Below, piece by piece: positions 51,331 through 64,000 of a stretch of DNA of 64,000 nucleotides (positions are counted from its first letter, which is position 1; every line of letters starts with the position of its first letter). A program made the position numbers and the translations under genes. The stretch lies in NCBI GenBank assembly GCA_964658305.1, contig OZ210885.1, forward strand, positions 3,286,001-3,350,000, read 5' to 3'. Under the pieces are notes generated by a model. That model saw only the letters and a list, made by a program, of their open reading frames with translations. It made no database searches and had not been told where the DNA came from. Origin of the DNA: Leptogorgia sarmentosa (taxonomy: Eukaryota).

Positions 51331-51424
51331 ACATACGTGTCTAGGGGAACTGAAATTGCCCTGGTGGCATATATCAGCCATCATATAGTAACTCGCCTTT
51401 GGTTCTCCATAGCACATTCATTAA

Positions 51425-51865
51425 TATACAAATAATGAATGTTTATGAGTGCAATGGTAAGAATATTTTCATGAGGTGAAAGATGGAATGTTCTATTCAA
51501 CGAGGCGAAGCCGAGTTGAATGGAACATTCCATCTTTCACCGAATGAAAATATTCTTTCCATTGCACGAAATAAACATTCATTATTTGTTTTATATGACA
51601 CTTTGTTAAATTTGGTATTTGAAATACCCGCCATTTTGCTTCCTTGGTTTAGTAAATAAAATTCCATCGCTCACATGGTCGCGCCACGTTCATGGATTCG
51701 CCATTAAATGCGTGCGATAATAACATTTTGAGTGATTGAAACCACCGTGCAATGGAAAGAAATATTTGCACGGTTCCTTTGCACGATCATGAAAATGGAA
51801 TTTCTATTTTATATCACGTGATCGTAATAACCAATTAAATCGCGTTAATTTAACCAAGTGTTATA
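51425..51865. repeat. Hairpin-ended non-autonomous repeat
   Basis: Inverted arms of about 80 bp (51425-51596) around CGAGGCGAAGCCG; CCAAT motif near the other end. Confidence 0.65.
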
Positions 51866-52489
51866 TAACATGTCATGTTCCACATGCACATCATCAAAAA
51901 ATGGGCGTGGTTACTTTTTTCCATAGGTGACCACGCCCACCAAAGTTGTTTAGAATTGTCCAAAACGTATTTTAAGGAAATAAAAATTTTTTGGGTGTGG
52001 TCCAAGATGGCCACGCCCACAAATTTTTTGAAAGTTGTTTAGTTATTTCCGGGAAACAGTTTTGTAATATATTGTCGGGGACTATAGTAATATTAACTAA
52101 TTAATTCCAATTAATAATTAGCAATCATCTCGTATAAGTGCATGTCAGAGAGGGCACATCGTCTTAAGCGTGATAGCGTGACTACAGAAGGGAGTGATTT
52201 GGGAGCTGTGATTTTGTATTAAATAAAATTATATAGAACTATTGTGAGTGTGTTGGTTTAACAAAGGCCTCGGACGGCATTCCCAACAATATTGCCGAAA
52301 GAAAAAATAGGTCCTTCCTGGTGAAAACGCGTACCAAAATGTTTGGTAATGTTTTTTAGAATTTCAGTAAAACTGTTCATGCTATATCTCTTTCACCTTT
52401 CAATGTATGATCTTCGTTCTTTGACACATCGAAGCACATGTACTAGGCTCTGGTTAGGCGTAATTACAGAACTTTAGAACGTATATTAA

Positions 52490-55273
52490 GGTGGCTATGT
52501 GAAGTTGAACATGGTCATAATTTGATTTTGCCCCAGTTACATCTCCTTTAAAAGTTGTTTAGTGTTTAACCATTGCTGGAATACCATCAAAACTAGTTGG
52601 TACATAGAAGGGGACGAAGGGGTTCATTACCAATATGCCAACAGTTGGCGTCAAGGCGCCTCATTGCTCTCGAACGTTCCGTTGTCGATCTTTGCTGCTT
52701 TCCCATAACAATGCGGAGGTTTAGCGTTGCAAAAATGAAAATATTTAAATATTTAGCGGACCAAGAAAAAACACTGCTGTCAAGCTTCGGTGAGCAACGA
52801 AATGCCTGTGCATGCCTGCACCATAACTTACACCCTAAAAGCATCAGGCCCAGCAGCACGAGGCTATCACGAGTTAACACGATCTGAGCACGACGAAGCC
52901 CGAATGTTTATAAATAGATCTGCTAATTTGTTATTCAAGACGAAAAAGGCGGCAAACGGAAAATTTTTTTTCAAGAAAGACAATGTCTGGCTACAGTGAG
53001 TATAATAAATCTTTCAGCATGTTCTTTAGATAACCTAAGTATGTTAATCTTAGTATGTTAATATGTAATGTCGAAGTTAATTATTGCTCTTTTTATTAAG
53101 ACGAGATTTTTTTTGACTTTGTCACGTATCTCGCGCTCAAAACTCAAATTCGTCGAAATATAAATTTAAAATTTTGAGGTTTCTCAGTCGACAGACTCGC
53201 TTAAAAAGCTTGATGGATTCATTATTAATGATATAAAACAAAAATAAAAAGATTTTGGAGGGTACGCCAAAGAGAAAATTACGTTTGAAATCTTGAATTT
53301 ATTGTTGAAATCAAGGCTTCATTTATATTGCGCTGGTTATACAAACAGTGTTAATAGTAGAACCCAATGCAATGCCACATCCAATGATGGGTACTATCAT
53401 CAAATTTCACAGACCTCAGCCAAAGACCTCGAGGAGGCTAAGAGGGAAATTCAAACTCTAAAGGAAGAAAGATCGGAAATAATGTGAGGAATAATTTATT
53501 GATTTCTCTCAGTTTAGTTTAAAATCTAGAATTATTGATCAAAAATGTGTGTTTGCTTTTAATTAAATCTAGCAAATCTGCTAGTGAAGAAATAGAAAAA
53601 CTTCGAAAAGAAGTATCCTTTTTATCATATCGCTTCATGGTTGGCTGTTGTTGTATCTAACAACTCAACTGGACTTGTTCCTAGCTTCATTCTGTATAAT
53701 TTAAAAACTGTGGGGAAACCATCCTTAACAAATATCCTCAGTTACAACAGTGTAAAGATGAACACCTGGCCATAAGCCAAGTAAGATTACCAATTATCAT
53801 TTTGTCCATTGTTTAGCCTCATGAGAATTAGTTAATAGAATTAACTGCATCATATTTAACCATACACAAAATGAAGCTTGTTTTCGTAATGTATTTTTTA
53901 GTTATTGGAGGTTTACAGAAAAGGCTGGGCCAAAATAACGAAACAAATAGCTGCCATTAATGAGGAAGATTAAAATTAAAATTATTAAAATCGTTTTTCT
54001 ACTACATCTCCTTTAAAAGTTCTGTTTAGTGTTTAACCATTGCTGGAATACCATCAAAACTAGTTGGTACATAGAAGGGGACGAAGGGGTTCATTACCAA
54101 TATGCCAACAGTTGGCGTCAAGGCGCCTCAATGCTCTCGAACCGTTGTGGCGAATTTTGACAATGATACACTTACTTTTTCTTGAGTATATATATTGTGA
54201 AAGTGTTTCTCATTACCACATAAACAGGATGTATATGTTGGTTGTCTCATATGATTGGGCGTGGTCCGGGATTCAGCCATGTAAACATTATGGTGTGTGG
54301 CCACGCCCCGTTTGGAGTAAAAAATGTTTTCCCTCACATTCTGTTGTTCAGCGTCTGGGCATCTACAAAATATTTATCCCGTGTCTGTAGCATATAAAAG
54401 CACGGAGATATCGCATGGTAAAATAGGTCAAATTACCATTTATGACCATGTTCAACGTCGCATAGTGAAGTGTATTCACGTAAAGGTGAAAAAGATAATG
54501 GATGAACAGTTTGATAGAAATTCATATTAGAATTCAAAATCCAATATGGCCGCCAACATTTCCATTAATTTATTAATAACTTGTGAAAACAACGCTTTTA
54601 TACAATGAACGATATATCAAATTGAAGCTCGTAACACGGGGCGTATAATGATATTTGAACCATCGTCTAGCACTGTTTCGTTGCAAAGTTATAAGCAAAA
54701 TTGTAGTATAATTATAGAAATTCATAAATCCAATATGGCCGCCAACATTTTTCATTAATTTGTTAATAACTCATGAATAGAACATGTTTATCCAACGAAC
54801 GGTATATCAAATTAAAGCGCGTAAAACGACGATTGTAATGATATTTGAACCACTGTCTAATAATGTTTCGTTGCAAAGTTATAAGCAAAATTGTAATATA
54901 ATATATAAAACAAGAGCATTTATGGCGCATGCGCATTCATGGCCATGTTTGTCATGACGTTTCACCATGATGCACGCATTTTTTCTTTAGTATATATATT
55001 GTAACAATGTTCCTCAGTACCACATAAACATGATCTATATGTTGGATGTCTCATATGATTGGGTGTGGTCTCAGTTCACCAATGTAAACATTATGGTGTT
55101 TTGCCACGCCCATTTGGAGTAAATAATTTTTTCCCCCGTACATCCTGTACTCCGAGTCTGGGGATCTACAAAATATCTATCCCGTGTCTGTAGCATGTAA
55201 AACCATAGAGATATTGCATTGTAAAAAGGGTCAAATTAGCATTTATGACCATGTTCAACATCACATAGCCACC
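52490..55273. mobile_element. Non-autonomous Kolobok-type DNA transposon
   Basis: ~30-bp TIR GGTGGCTATGTGA(A/T)GTTGAACATGGTCATAA, TTAA on both flanks; internal duplications (~52538-52675 vs ~54003-54141; ~54187-54465 vs ~54990-55268). Confidence 0.8.
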
Positions 55274-55284
55274 TTAATATAATT

Positions 55285-55566
55285 TTATAAGTTGGAGCAG
55301 CCGGGATACCAAGTTAATGATAAGTCTGTGTCTGAGCACATAAATTCTCGAGAGCTGCCACCCGGACAGGACCATTTGCCGTTTAGTTCAAGAGTGTATT
55401 TGACGAATTTCTTTAACAAATCCCAGCTTGAAATCCATTTGAGCCGTTTACCGTCGTAACTAAGACTAACTCTGGCAGTTTGCTTGAAGTTTTCGTTGAA
55501 ATTTAATTCCAAAAAGCTATTATTTATTGCTTTGCTGCAATTCACAAACACGCACCCGTCCGCCAT
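55285..55566 (-). mobile_element. Probable 5' fragment of a LINE ORF1, truncated near the Kolobok-type element
   Basis: MADG..RLKW..DLLKKFV..L.LNGKWSCPGG..LTWYP resembles ORF1 N-termini of cnidarian CR1/L2 elements (from memory). Confidence 0.45.
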
Positions 55567-55732
55567 CTTGTCACAATGATATATATGCATAAGCGCAAGC
55601 TTGTATAACCGAAGCGCACACGTGCGCCTGAACTTTTCTTTCTCAAGTTTCAACTATATATTTTGTAGAAATAAATGTATGTTTCGTTAACCATACTATA
55701 CTATATTATATTCTAGTATTCTACTGACTTAG

Positions 55733-57380
55733 TTCCGAGGGAACGACCTCTTACCGAAACCGAGAAAGGCGCAGACCCTCAAGACCTATATGGTATCATT
55801 TAAACTTTTTTTGAACTTCATGTTGAGCAGGGAATAAAAAGAATAGACAGCAGCGTCACAAGCCGTCAACTGGAACTCGTGCAAGCCGCCCTCAGACGCA
55901 TCGAACGTTAGACTGGCTCATTAACACCAGCGCTGACTCGCCATCGGGCGGAGGTCAGAAAAAGGGATCAAGAGCGTCTTCTTGGTCCTGACGATTTCGT
56001 CCGAATGTTGGCGAGTCCAATAAGCCAGTCCAGTCGCCGACGTTATCAAGAACTCGAGGAAGACGAGCCCACTGGCTTATTCGATTTCGTCCAGATGAGA
56101 GATTACTTAATGCTCCGGCTCCTGGTCGCAAGCGGTCAGCGAGCTGGGGCACTCGCCAATCTCACGGTGGCGGAGTTCGAGACTTGGGAACTGTACGTCA
56201 CTCAAACCACCCAACACAAGACGGGCTCCTCGGTAGGCCCAGCCAAGTTGTTCTGGGACGAAGAAATTAAAAACATGGGCTAGAAGTACCTGAAACAATT
56301 GAGGCCACAGTACGCGAACAGCGACTCGGTGACGGAAGGTAAGCCGGGTATACCGCCCGAACCTATCTTCTTTGTAAACGCTTCGGGACAGCGTTTGACA
56401 GAGTCTAGGGTCTCCCAGCGCATAAAGGTGATGGGACAAAGGATGGGCGTGGAAGTCCACGGAGCGGGGCCTCCGGAAATCACTAATTAGCAAACAGAGG
56501 AAGATGGGGCATTCGTCAGCTGTCAGCAATGAGCAGCTGGCGAAACAGATGTCCCATTCGGTGACTACCTCCGACAAGTACTGTAATGTGGCAGGGACGG
56601 GGGAAGAAGACGTCCGAGTGGCGAAGTTTTTAAGAGGCATAACCACTGGGGAGGAGGTTAGTTACTACCTGACATAAATAAGTTTAAGTTATCGTTGTTC
56701 ATAATTCTTTTTTTATTTATTTACCTGACCAGCAAGTAAAACAAGTCGAAACTTGTACCATGACACGAGGAAGTGCACAGCGAGAGGAAGTAGAGATCAC
56801 TTTTGTGGACGATGTAAGTAACTACCTGATATAAATAAGTTTAAGATATCGTTGTTCATAATTCTTTTTTCATTTAGACCGGTATCATGATGGAAACGCT
56901 TCTATCCCTGCCACGACATCGGAAGGAAGCGGAGGAACAGCAAGAAGACTCCGACGACGAGGAGGTAATTACCTGATATAAATAAGTTTTCAGGAATTGG
57001 TTTCTCCTACGAAAGATATCGTTGTTCATAATTCTTTTTTCATTTAGGAAAAGGAATTGACTAAAGAACAGAAGAGTATTCTCATTCAAGAATATGACGC
57101 AACGATAAGGCGTGGTCTTGTGCCCGACTTAAGTGAAATAGCTGTTCTGTGCAACGAGAGGCACGAGCTGGCGGGCGTTCGTGCAGAAGAAGCATTCGAT
57201 TATCTAGCGTCGAAAAAACACCAAGAACTGTCATCAAAGCGAAAAACCAAGACGTGGGTGACAACTGGCTGCTTGGACGTAAATACCTGGGAAACCGAAA
57301 CAACGTCGTCTGCTGGTGGCCGCCGAAGATTTACAGTATAAGAAACGGAAATTATAAAAAACGCAACAATCAACCTCCAT
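55733..57380 (+). pseudogene. Intron-containing tyrosine recombinase (Crypton-like) gene, decayed
   Basis: TLKTYMVSFKLFLNF, RDYLMLRLLVASGQRAGALANLTVAEF (catalytic R), HKT..GPA (K), LRKS (R), LAKQMSHSVTTSDKY (H, Y). Stops at ~55908 and 56281, frameshift ~56468; phase-0 introns 56657-56732, 56814-56877, 56965-57047. Confidence 0.78.
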
Positions 57381-58289
57381 CAATGAGCAGAGGCACAGAG
57401 GTGAAAGATTGCGTTTTTCACCGAGATTTTTCAACACGCTCGCATTTGCCTGATTTTCTTCCATATCGTACAACAAATATGTCATTCAACTGCTAAGACC
57501 TTGATCTTTATGACCATGCAAAAATCACGTTCGTACACCCAGTAATTAACGCACAATGGCATGCCAAAGTTCGATTACCTTTTTTTGAGACACCCTGTAT
57601 ATATTTCTATTGTAGATTGTTAGTATCAACACTGACGTTTTGTATGACCTTGATTGAAAAAATGACAAGAGTATTTGTTTCAGCATTTTCACTTGATATG
57701 TCTGAAAATCTACCCTCTAAAACCTGTGGTATCATATCTGATACCAGCTGGAGACTGAAAAAAACCTCACACACCGGTTTGTTGGTCTATTATCTTCTAT
57801 TATACCAAGTTTCATAATTTTTATGAAAGTATTTCTAAACTCAGGTGCTCCAGGGTTATACCAAGTCAATGTAATACACCCATCAACCATACAGAGTAGA
57901 ATTCCATTATTAAAATTTTGTATCTCAAAACTTATTCCAATAATGCCTTGGTTTTTATGACATTGTCTATCAGAAACCATACTAGCATTTTGTAAAGTTT
58001 GGCAACATATCTCTCAACATTTTCTTAAATGCATGTCCCTATGTTATACCAAGTCTACGCCTGAACATTTTCTTAAATGCATGTCCGCATGTTATACTAT
58101 GCCTATGTCATACACCGGTCAAATATACCAAGTAGAATACCATTCCTAGACTTTTATGCTGCAAAACATATTCCAACGCCTTGATGTAATATGACATTGT
58201 ATATCACTAGTTGAAAAATGCTACCAAAGCCTTCTACATAATGTACCACTTACTAAAAGCTTTTAGAGCATTAAAAACACAACATAATA

Positions 58290-58562
58290 ATTGTAATACA
58301 TTTTTCCCGTACCGGAAAACAACGTGTCGGAGGTTTGGATGAATCTGGAAGTCGCTTCAACATAGGAAAGCTGAAGAGGTCTGAACAGGATTTCTTCTCC
58401 ATTGACACTAATTCCAACAGAGGTCACACCAAAATTTTTAAAATGAAAAGGGTTTTTGTTGTACGCACCATTGTCTGCATCGCTGTCAACCAAACGTTTT
58501 GGGTACCATTAAAAATATTATTCTTTCTTAGAGAAGTATTTCCCCCTGGAATAATAAAGCTA
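58290..58562 (-). mobile_element. Polinton/Maverick major capsid protein fragment
   Basis: SFIIPGGNTSLRKNNIFNG, a frameshift, then VDSDADNGAYNKNPFHFKNFGVTSVGISVNGE..P..L..LFSGTG, the typical double-jelly-roll MCP motif (from memory). Confidence 0.75.
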
Positions 58563-58569
58563 GGATGTA

Positions 58570-59540
58570 CAGCCACAGAGAAGCCGCCACCTCCTACCCC
58601 TTCTGCTGCAAGTCACAACATCTTGCAATTCTCCACAGAATCCCTTCGCACATTGGCGACCAATCTGGCACCGTTGCTTCGCAATGCCTTGGTACGCGAG
58701 AACTTAGCTCAACCAGCAACATCCTAACCTCTGCCAGTCGAAATTCTCCTTACGTTTCCAAAAATGACAAAACTGCTTACATGCTGCCAGACGTAGTCGA
58801 CAGCAACCCACTCGATGAGTTTATTTTTTTTATTGTGTCCTCCCAGTTGGTCTCCACACCATTCATCTTTAATATGCTTTTGGATGTGCTTGATTGGATT
58901 CTTATCAACAAAGCTAGGTGTACCAAATGTTCTGCATATTTTGGATGATTTCTTCATAGCCGATTCTTCTAGTCCTAACCCTAACCCTTCACTATGTAAA
59001 CTGTTGTGTCTCTTTACTGAACTGAATGTCCCAATCGCCCATGGGAAAACGTATGCCCCAACTTGGACATTGGAGTTCCTGGTAATCACCCTAGACTCCA
59101 CACACATGCTCGCTCTTTTGCTGCATCAGGTATAAACCTTAATTCTAAATAAAATGGAAAAATGCTACCATAAAGCTGTTGACAGAATGGAAAAAAAGTA
59201 CAAGTCAGTACCAATACCGGCTTAATCAGGCCCGAACTCTTATAGATAATTGGCGCAAACCTCTTCCTGTCAGTTAAGGGAGCTTCAATCCCTTATTGGC
59301 GTTCTTCAATTCGCATGCCGGGTGGTTGCGCCATGTCGCACATTCCTTTGTCCCATGATCGCCTTAACCTGTGGGGTTAAACAACACCCTACCACTTTGT
59401 CCGATTGACCGCGGTGTGGGAGGTTTTTTTAAAACCCAGGAACGGTATCAGTCTTTTTCTCGAATCTGAACAGCTGCCGTCCCCATCGCTCCAGTTATAC
59501 ACTGATGCTGCGGGTTCGGTCGGTTTCGCCGGTTAGTAAA
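58570..59540 (+). mobile_element. DIRS/Ngaro-type retrotransposon pol fragments
   Basis: VLHILDDFFI..LNVPIAHGKTYAPT..LEFL.ITLDS (RT), RELQSLIGVLQFACRVV..R.FL (connection), LYTDAAGSVGF (RNase H); interrupted and frameshifted. Confidence 0.78.
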
Positions 59541-61339
59541 AGTATATGTCTTGGGCAGATAAGGACCCAACTGGAAATTAGTATATGTCCTAATCGATTT
59601 TCCTCAAGACCCAGCTTCTCTATTGTCCCTGGGACCGCTCAAGACCATGGTCATCACAGAAAAAAACACAGAGAGAGCAGTTGTGCCACACTTCCTTAAC
59701 CCCACAAATAGTTGAGGACATTAAGGAACAGTTACTATCAAAACTGTTTACAGAAGCCATACGAGTCATGAAATAGGATCCAAATCCCAAGACTATACAA
59801 TGAAGTCATCGAACATTTGAAAAATTTAGTTAGACAAGCAAAAAACAGCCGAATTTCTAAAGAGTAAAAAACAGACCTTTCTGAGTATCAAGACATTTTG
59901 GGCTACCTCTATTATTGGAAAAAAGAACACTAACTGAACATTATGTTAATTAAATACAATTGTTATCTCAACATTTGTTATCTTAATAAAATATTTTTAT
60001 AATATTTATAAATCCCAGTAATGACCATAACTTTCATTTCATACCTAATCTTTGCAAGATGAAGTGCTTACATGGTGAATCAGCTGCTCAATCCACCACA
60101 CAAAATGCAACCTTTTGGTACTGTAATCAAAATCCAAGCTACCACCTTTTTCTTGAAACAGAGATATTTAAATTAAAGTTAAAATTCGGCAGGCTAATTG
60201 TAGATGTGCTAAAAACGATATATTAACCAATGGTATATTCAACTTATGAAAGATAAACGCTGATAGAATTAGAGCTTCAAGTAGTCCTGTGTCACATTCA
60301 AATCCGCATGACAGGCACAACAGCAGTGTTCCATCTGGACATCGATAAGATGGAGAAAGAAATGGCTGATTTATGGCAAAATGCACCAAGGCATTCCTCT
60401 GCAGATTGCAAAGGGCTAAAGGGGAAAAAGAAAATATAAAAGTAAAAGATCCTGTCTTATGAGGTCACCATTGGCAAAACACTCTCAGAGAGTTACGCAC
60501 CTCTGTCCTTGGTCTCCATGTTCCATACGAACAAAATTTTGTACTAGAGACGACATTCTATTTTTGTCCAAATGCAAAGTGTATAAAACGTTTAACCCTG
60601 TGGGGCAACTTTGACACCACAAAATCGAATAAATATCGAAAGCTAAGGAACCTGTGAGCAAATTCAAAACATTAGGGATTCACCTCTAAATACCTTGGTG
60701 GTTTAATGAGACTAGGAGTTACTATCGCAAGGGACGTGCTACCGTACCCAAAACTTTAAAATCCCAGATGGGTTATCGAATACTTGTCCACTATTGAAAC
60801 AGTGACTTGTTATCATGATACAAGTCCACTGCCGACAATATATTGACGAACTTATCTTGTGTTTCGATTCATAGTAGTTTGTTCCCTTTCTCAGCGTTTT
60901 ATATCTTCAGAAGGCTTTTCATGTGTTACAGAATAGATCTTGTCTTTGTTTTCACCTTTCCAAAAGCTTTAAAAAGCTTGTGCTCGTGTTTTTGAGATGA
61001 GTGAGGGCCACCCTTATGTGATAGCCATAAATGGCGGCTATGCTGTCCTTTACCTGTGGGTAAATAGCCGTGTGGAATTATTACCCTCACTCTGGGCTTA
61101 CGCCCGGATGGCGCTTCGCACCTAACACTAACAGTCTATTAGGGCTAGCTATATATAGTTGGATAGCAATACGTGTCTACGAAACTATGTGTGTCATCAT
61201 CCAATGTACTGTTACCCAGAATTACGATCCGTGCAAAGGATGGTAAAACATGAGCACTCACACAATGTTTGCCCGCGCAGCACAAAATATTGTTAAATGC
61301 ACCCCTCAATTTCTAAAATGGCTTGGAACTTTAATAAGG

Positions 61340-63119
61340 CGTGGGTTAGCCCAATGATATTGTTGATTTGGTTGTACAACAAACCAACCTTTACAGCACA
61401 CAGAAGACAGGCTCCTCCATCAATATGACTAAGGAAGAAACTGAACAACTTATTGGCATGCACTTGAAGATGGGTATTGGCAATTTCCATCCTACAAAAT
61501 GTACTGGTCTCAAAAAATATGAATTCCCACAATTGCTGGTAGGATGCCTCTGAAAAGGTAAGGAAAACTTAGAGCAAATTGGCACTTTGTAGACAACAAT
61601 GCAATGGAGGAAAAATGCTTCCAAGCTAGCTAAGTTTCAGCCAGTGATTGACATTTTCTGTGAACAGTGTCTGAAAGTTAACCCAGAGAAGTGTCATTCT
61701 ATTGATGAGCAAATCATCCCTGCCAAAACAAAATTTAGCGGAATTCCACAATACAACCCCAAAAAGCCTGTAAAGTGGGGGGTTTAAGAATTTGATCAGA
61801 GCTGGTGCTTGTGGTATTATGTATGATTTTTATATTTATGCTGGTAAGAATGAGACTGTTGAAGAAGACTTGAACTTTGTGGACTTGCAGAAATCAGCCC
61901 AAGTTGTTGCACGTCTTTGCCAGCATTTGCCACCTCATAGTGGTCATAAGTTATTTTTCGAAACTGGTTTACCACCTTAGATTTGCTCATCTATTTAAAG
62001 AATAGGGGCATATTAGCATGTGGTACAGTCAGCAACAACCGCCTACAAGGTTGCTTGTTACAGTCTACCAAGGCTATGAAAAAGGCAGGACGGGGTGCCA
62101 CAGATTTCAAGTTGGAGGTGAACACTGGAGTAATTATTGTCAAGTGGATGGACAATAATGCTGTTCATATTGCATCAAATTATGTTGGTGTAGAGCAATT
62201 TGGATCAGCTGAAAGATGGTCCAAAAACAAGAACGAAAAAGTAAAGGTACAGTGTCCACAGCTAATTGCCCAGTACAACAAAGGGATGGGAGGTATGGAT
62301 TTGGCAGACATGCTAAAAGCACTGTACCGCATCTCAATGAAAACCAGGAAATGGTACCTAAAGATATTTTGGCATCTCATTGTGCTCAACTGAATATTCC
62401 AAAGAAATCCAGATTGCATTTGTTAGATTTCATTTTGGAAATCTCAGAAGTACTGGTAAGTGCTAACAAAGCAGTTTCAGATGAAACAACAGGTGCTAAA
62501 CCTGGAAGACCCCTCAAAAGAAAAAGTAATCAGGCACAAGAACATGTCAAAGGTTGGTCGGAAACCAACCACTCCAATACCATGTAATGATTCCCGCTAA
62601 CCTATGACCAATTTGGACATTGGCCGAAACCCACAAAGGATAAACACAGTCGGTGTCGGTACTGCAAAGATGGGTGTTCAAAGATCTATTGTAGTAAATG
62701 CAACATATGCCTCTGCTTAAGAGAAGGAAAAACCTGTTTTTTGGAATACCATTGTAAATAGACCTTATCGAACTATTTTGTAATTAGCAATAACTATCTA
62801 TAACTGTATATTGAGCTTTTATATATCATAGTCAATCATACATTTTTAAATGTGTATACAATTGTAGAAAAATACTTTTAAGTTGGGGACATTACATATT
62901 TTAGAAAAATGTTGGTATTTCAACATTTTGTTATATTATTATAGAAAAATGTTGGGATTGTCTAATTTTACATCTTTCTTACCCTTTTGCAGCAATGTTG
63001 CGGATATGCATGTCAAAGAGATTATTTTTCCTGTTTATATGCCTTGTAGGTTCATGTTGAACTTACTTTTGCCAGAGAATATTTTTTCCTTTGGAAATTA
63101 AATATTTGCCACTTAAGGG
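61340..63119 (+). mobile_element. Degenerate piggyBac (PGBD) transposon
   Basis: SIDEQII..QYNPKKPVKWG, HKLFF, ACGTV..NR, KWMDN, YNKGMGGMDLAD, C-terminal CRYC..CSKCNICLC..CF..YH ending at 62761; right end AAGGG|TTAA at 63119. Several frameshifts. Confidence 0.85.
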
Positions 63120-63459
63120 TTAAACATCTGATTTTTCATTGCCGTATGCAGTTCGCCTTTCTGTGATTATTCTGCATTTTAACGCAACGTTAGAGCATAC
63201 GATTAGTCTGATTGATACGATTAGTTAAGCAGCCGAGATATCACAGCCTGTACACAATGAGAATAAAACCACGGTGTGAGTTCTTCAAGGAAGAAGATGA
63301 CAATACATCAAGATATTGAACAGCCAGTCGATACTACTCCTGACTTCCAACAAGACAAATGCAGGCTGATAAATGTGCGAAATTTCTCCTCGTTTTTAAG
63401 ATTAATATCCCATGGTTGTGAAGAAAATAATTTTAATATTGATAATTTGTTACTCAGAA

Positions 63460-64000
63460 TGATCAAATGCGTGGTCAGAATGCAGCACATCCGAGTGATA
63501 TTTCTTTAAAGAAAAATGTATCACAGAGATATGGCTTGAAAAGTGAGATAGGAGTAAGTTGCAGTTCATGCCATGAACGAGCAACTCTGCAAACATCGCA
63601 TGGTGTAACAGATAAGGGAACATTGTATGACGTCAATAGAAAAACTGTGTACCACTCCATAGAGACGGGTGGTGGTTATGAAGGCTTGGTATCTTTTTGT
63701 AGTATCATGAACATGCCATGTATCTCTAAGCCTTCATACCACCAGCAAGTGGAGTCGATATTAATCTCACTAGAGGAGGACCAGATGAGGGAAAAAAATG
63801 CCGGAAGGGAACTTCTGGAACTTACAATTTCAAATGAAGGTAGTGATGATGATGATAATGTCGATGTTGCTGTAAGCTTCGATGGAAAATGGGCTGAGAG
63901 GTTTACCTCCTTGACTGGGGTTGTGTTTGTAATATCTATTGATACAGGAAAAGATTTGGACTATCACCGTCTATCCAAAGCCTGTCAAAAATGTTCGTTA
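63460..64000 (+). mobile_element. Kolobok-type (Mutator-like domain) transposase, runs off the right edge
   Basis: Open frame GLKSEIGVSCSSC..YDVNRK....IETGGGYEGL.SFCSIMNMP..VAVSFDGKW..FTSLTGVVFVISIDTGK.LDYH.LSKAC.KC. Confidence 0.8.

Noticed and set aside
60040..60420. Exon-like minus-strand segments (ALCNLQRNALVHFAINQPF..)
   Set aside because: Splice donor is uncertain, a stop lies in the neighbouring segment, and I cannot assign a family.
60592..60612. Left piggyBac TIR (TTAA|CCCTGTGGGGCAA)
   Set aside because: Only loosely matches the right end (CCCTTAAGTGGCAA); not used as the boundary.

Overview
AT-rich, intron-containing animal genomic DNA. The TE repertoire and gene families suggest a cnidarian, possibly an octocoral (inference). 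The left 44 kb holds three paralogues of a signal peptide-PAN/apple-EGF(x3)-TLDc gene. Copy 1 (minus) runs off the left edge, copy 2 (minus) is complete and intact (421 aa), and copy 3 (plus) is a pseudogene interrupted by a young BEL/Pao LTR element. Between copies 2 and 3 lies an intact three-exon gene (1209 aa) for a secreted bacterial-type PL8 chondroitin ABC lyase, probably a domesticated horizontal transfer. Just downstream is a ~1.5 kb cassette, probably Polinton/Maverick-derived, with a zinc-finger ORF, a dense ATGAGCA motif cluster and two divergent but structurally conserved tRNA genes (His-GTG, intron-containing Tyr-GTA). The right 20 kb is a transposon graveyard: a full-length hAT, a Kolobok-type element and transposase, piggyBac, DIRS, Gypsy, LINE and Polinton capsid fragments, and a tyrosine-recombinase gene with three near-identical introns. 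MITEs and hairpin-ended repeats occur throughout, plus a probable minimal hammerhead ribozyme. All calls come from manual reading; no searches were run.
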